DNA of 64,000 bases. Source: Squalus acanthias. Lineage: Eukaryota. Under the pieces are notes generated by a model. It had not been told where the DNA came from. It saw nothing but the letters and a program-made list of their open reading frames with translations, and did not search any database. How positions within the stretch are numbered: the stretch's first letter is position 1; the number at the start of each line of letters is the position of its first letter. A program made the translations under genes and the position numbers. This document shows positions 60,021 through 64,000 of the stretch, piece after piece. The DNA lies in contig JASTWF010000036.1 of assembly GCA_030390025.1 (NCBI GenBank), forward strand, positions 372,001 through 436,000, written 5' to 3'.

Positions 60021-60994
60021 TCGCCACAGATTTAAGGTAATTGGCAAAAGAACCAGAGGGGTGTGGGGGGGGGGGGGGGGAAGAGAAGCTGAGGAGAAAT
60101 ATTTTTACACAGCGCGTTATGATGATCGGGAATGTGCTGCCTGGTACCAGGGGGATGAGGGACTTCAGTTATGCGGAGAGACTGGAGAAGCTGGGGTAGT
60201 TCTCCTTAGAGCAGAGGTGGTTAAGGGGGAGATTTAATAGAGGTGTTCAAAATCATGAAGGGTGACTGACTGGAAATACAAAAAAAGAAAATCGCAAGCC
60301 AGAGAGCGTCGATGTACAAAATTACAGCACTGACTGTAGAGTGTTAAAGACGTAGTATTGCAGTTGGGAGTTTGTGTTACTGCGCTTTAGAAAGCTGCCA
60401 AAGCATTCGCAAACCTCACATTTTAAGCACGTATTTTGAACAGCAAGAAATAGAGCATTATTTGTACACTCGCACGACCAAAGATTGAGTAAACTTCTCT
60501 GCGCTGCTGTGTGACTTTGCATCAAGAAAAATAGCGAATGAAGCGATTCCATTGACTCTTCGCAATCCCCGTGAGCGAAGTAGGTAAACATTCTGGCAAT
60601 ATCCCCGCCAGCGATCAATAGATGCCTTTGAGAAACAGCACCGACCAAAGCAAACATTGCTGCAAGAGGTTCGGCGATAAACCAACAGGGCTCCCGAGTC
60701 ACAGACAGATATCCTGTATTCAAACAAGGCCATTGACCGGATTTTGAATGAGTAAGCAAGCCTGGGGTGTCCGAATAAAAAGATATCGCGCGATACAGAA
60801 AATACAATGATCGTCCGCAGAAGTGGCACTTGGGAGAGGATACATCAGAGTCCGGACCACCGGTTTTCAAACCCCAAGGAAATCAGATCTGTGCACGCCT
60901 GCCAGATCTCGGACCTTTTTATATATTTGTTGACTTACTATCATATTAGTTACTTATGATGTACGTCAATAGAAATATTTCATGCAACTTTAGC

Positions 60995-61302
60995 ATTCAT
61001 GGGATGTGGGTGTCGCTGGCAAGGCCAGCATTTATTGCCCATCCCCTAATTGCCCTTGAGAAGGTGGTGGTGAGCCGCCTTCTTGAACCGCTGCGGTCCG
61101 CGCGGTGAAGGTGCTCCCGCAGTGCTTTTGGGGAGGGAGTTCCAGGATTTTGACCCAGCGACGATGAAGGAACGGCCGATATATTTCCAAGTCAGGATGG
61201 TGTGTGACTTGAGAGGGGAACTTGGAGGTGGTGGTGTTCCCATGCGCCTGCTGCCCTTGTCCCTCAAGGTGGTAGAGGTCGGGGGTTTGGGAGGTGCTGT
61301 CG
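60995..61302 (-). mobile_element. Second LINE family, 3' end
   Basis: Reverse complement of about 55465-55765. Confidence 0.75.
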
Positions 61303-61509
61303 CAGTTCCTTAAGGTAGCGGACATAGTCTTCTGCTATTTGGGACAAGGAGCCCTGGCTGTGCATCAATAAACACAAGGAGTCTATGGGAGTGTATTAAT
61401 ATGTGCAAGGGCTAGCCCCCAACACCCATCCCACCGAGCCCCAACGCACCTCAGACCCACCCCACCAACCCAACACAGATCACCCCACCTCAGAGACCAG
61501 GCTGCGTTC

Positions 61510-61810
61510 CCTCAGTACTGCCCCTCCGACTGTGCGACGCTCCCTCAGTACCGCCCCTCCACCAGTGCGGCGCTCCCTCAGCACTGCCCCTCCGACAGTG
61601 CGGCGCTCCCTCAGCACTGCCCCTCCGACAGTGCGGCGCTCCCTCAGCACTGCCCCTCCGACAGTGCGGCGCTCCCTCAGCACTGCCCCTCCGACAGTGC
61701 GGCGCTCCCTCAGTACTGCCCCTCCACCAGTGCGGAGCTCTCAGTACTGCCCCGCCACCAGTGCGGCGCTCCCTCAGTACTGCCCCTCCGACAGTACGGC
61801 GCTCCCTCAG
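61510..61810 (-). repeat. SINE-derived 33-bp minisatellite; the SINE head is at 62408-62528, separated by a CR1 insert
   Basis: About 9 units; head sequence resumes after the CR1. Confidence 0.75.
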
Positions 61811-62403
61811 AATATAAGAGCAGGGAGGTTATGATGGAGCTATACAAAACGCTAGTTAGGCCACAGCTGGAATACTGTGTGCAGTTCTGGTCGCCACACT
61901 ATAGGAAGGATGTGATTGCATTAGAGAGGGTGCAGAGGAGATTCACCAGGATGTTACCTGGGCTGCAGTGCTTCAGCTATGGAGAGAGACTGGACAGGCT
62001 GGGGTTGTTTTCCTTCGAGCAGAGAAGGCTGAGGGGGGACCTGATTGAGGTGTACAAAATTATGAGGGGAGTAGATAGAAAGGAACTTTCCCTCTTAGTA
62101 GAGGGGTCAATAACCAGGGGACATAATTTCAAGGTAAAGGGGCAGGAGGTTTAGAGGGGATTTGAGGAAAAACTTTTTCACCCAGAGGATGGTTGGAATC
62201 TGGAACTCACTGCCTGAAAGGATGGTAGAGGCAGGAACCCTCACAACATTCAAGAAGCATTTAGATGAGCACTTGAAACGCCATAGCATACAAGGCTACG
62301 GACCAAGTGCTGGAAAATGGGATTAGAATAGACAGGGCTTGATGGCCGGCGCGGACACGATGGGCCGAAGGGCCTCTTTCTGTGCCGTATGACTATGACT
62401 CTA
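61811..62403 (+). mobile_element. CR1 LINE 3' fragment
   Basis: [40 protein letters not shown]; tail tatgactatgactctat. Confidence 0.85.
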
Positions 62404-63094
62404 TTGCCAGTGGGAGTGTCGGCCTAGATGTACAGTAGTACTCAAGTCTCTGGAGTGGGGGGCTCGAACCCACAACTATCTGACTCCGGAGGCAAGAGAG
62501 TGCTACCCACTGAGCCAAGGCTGACACCTTGGGAGGTAAGTGCTGTTTAAGTAACCTTGGTGAATTGCTGCAGGGCTTCCTGATCCCAGATGCAGGGCAC
62601 TGATCAAGCAAGCTGCTGCGTCCTGGACAGTGTTGAGCTGAGTGTTTTTGCTGTTGCAAGCGGCGAGCTGAGCAATATCGACGTTGGAAGGCTTTTGAGC
62701 AATCAGGAGGAGAGCCACTGGTTGCAGAGTACCCAGTTCCTACTCTGCATTTACCGACCACGGTGGTATACAATTGGGAAGAGTCCCAAAGCAGCACAGT
62801 CTTTATTATCGGAGATTCTGTGAAAGGGGATCCTGGGCTTTATAAATAAATTGGAGGAATGGAGTACAAAAGCAAGAAAGTCACGCTAAACCTTTATAAA
62901 ATCACTGGTTGGGCCTCGGCTGGGGTGTTGTGTTCAATTCTGGGCACCGCAATTTAGGAAGGATGTCAAGGGCCTTGGAGAGGGTGCGGAGGAGATTTAC
63001 TAGAATGGTACCAGGGGATGAGGGACTGCAGTTACGCGGAGAGACTTGAGAGGCTGGGGTTGTTCTCCATAGAGCAGAGAAGGCTAAGAGGAAA

Positions 63095-64000
63095 AGAAAG
63101 ACTTGCATTTATATAGCGCCTTTCACGACCACCGGACGTCTCAAAGCGCTTTATAGCCAATTAAGTACTTTTGAAGTGGAGTCACTGTTGTAATGTGGGA
63201 AACGCGGCAGCCAATTTGCGCACAGCAAGCTCCCACAAGCAGCAATGTGGTAATGACCAGATCATCTGTTTTTGTTATGTTGGTTGAGGGATAAATATTG
63301 GCCAGGACACCGGGGATAACTCCTCTGCTCTTCTCCAAAATAGTGCCATGGGATCTTTTACGTCCACCTGAGAGCAGACGGGGCCTCGGTTTAACGTCTC
63401 ATCCGAAAGACGGCACCTCCAACAGTGCGGCGCTCCCTCAGTACCGCCCCTCCGACAGTGCGGCGCTCCCTCAGTACCGCCCCTCCGACAGTGCGGCGCT
63501 CCCTCAGTACCGCCCCTCCGACAGTGCGGCATTCCCTCAGTACTGCCCCTCCGACAGTGCGGCATTCCCTCAGTACTGCCTCTCCGACAGTGCGGTGCTC
63601 CCTCAGTACTGCCCCTCCGACAGTGCGGTGCTCCCTCAGTACTGCCCCTCCGACAGTGCGGCGCTCCCTCAGTACTGCCCCTCCGACACTGCGGCGATCC
63701 CTCAGCACTGCCCCTCCGACACTGCGGCGCTCCCTCAGTACTGCCCCTCCGACACTGCGGCGCTCCCTCAGCACTGCCCCTCCGACAGTGCGGCGCTCCC
63801 TCAGTACTGCCCCTCCACCAGTGCGGCGCTCCCTCAGTACTGCCCCTCCGACAGTGCGGCGCTCCCTCAGTACTGCCCCTCCGACAGTGCGGCGCTCCCT
63901 CAGTACTGCCCCTCCGACAGTGCGGCGCTCCCTCAGCACTGCACTGGAGTGTAACCTAGCTTTATGTGCTCAAGTCCCTGGAGTGGGGCTTGAACCCACA
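63095..64000 (-). mobile_element. Deu-SINE with about 16 minisatellite units; head runs off the window
   Basis: Tail, core, units at 63420-63945, then the B-box region. Confidence 0.85.

Noticed and set aside
60322..60870. 182-aa ORF in non-repetitive sequence
   Set aside because: No recognisable domain or splice support; I cannot assess conservation without alignment.

Overview
This is repeat-dense vertebrate genomic DNA. The transposon repertoire points to a cartilaginous fish, probably a shark (inference). The only host coding sequence I can support is one 123-bp minus-strand exon (39501-39623, AG/GT boundaries, phase 1-1). It encodes the first LDL-receptor class A module of LRP1 and corresponds to human exon 2. 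The rest of the window appears to be LRP1 intron 1 (>24 kb) and intron 2 (>39 kb). These introns are filled with nested retroelements: many 5'-truncated CR1 LINEs, a second CR1/Jockey-group LINE, L2 LINEs, one RTE, Deu-domain (SacSINE1/AmnSINE1-like) tRNA-SINEs, a second tRNA-SINE, Penelope-like elements, and two copies of a TIR-bounded non-autonomous DNA transposon. The most notable observations are: (1) several minimal type I hammerhead ribozyme motifs in the Penelope-like ends, including same-orientation pairs that could dimerise; (2) a 33-bp minisatellite that expands independently inside almost every SINE copy, up to about 69 units with higher-order structure; (3) minisatellites seeded from fixed positions in CR1 and L2; (4) multi-kb GA-rich tracts, all pyrimidine-rich on the LRP1 sense strand; (5) a SINE fold-back palindrome; and (6) a local duplication preserving a pre-insertion site. 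The long ORFs in the ORF track are low-complexity artefacts. Coordinates were read by eye and TE boundaries are approximate.
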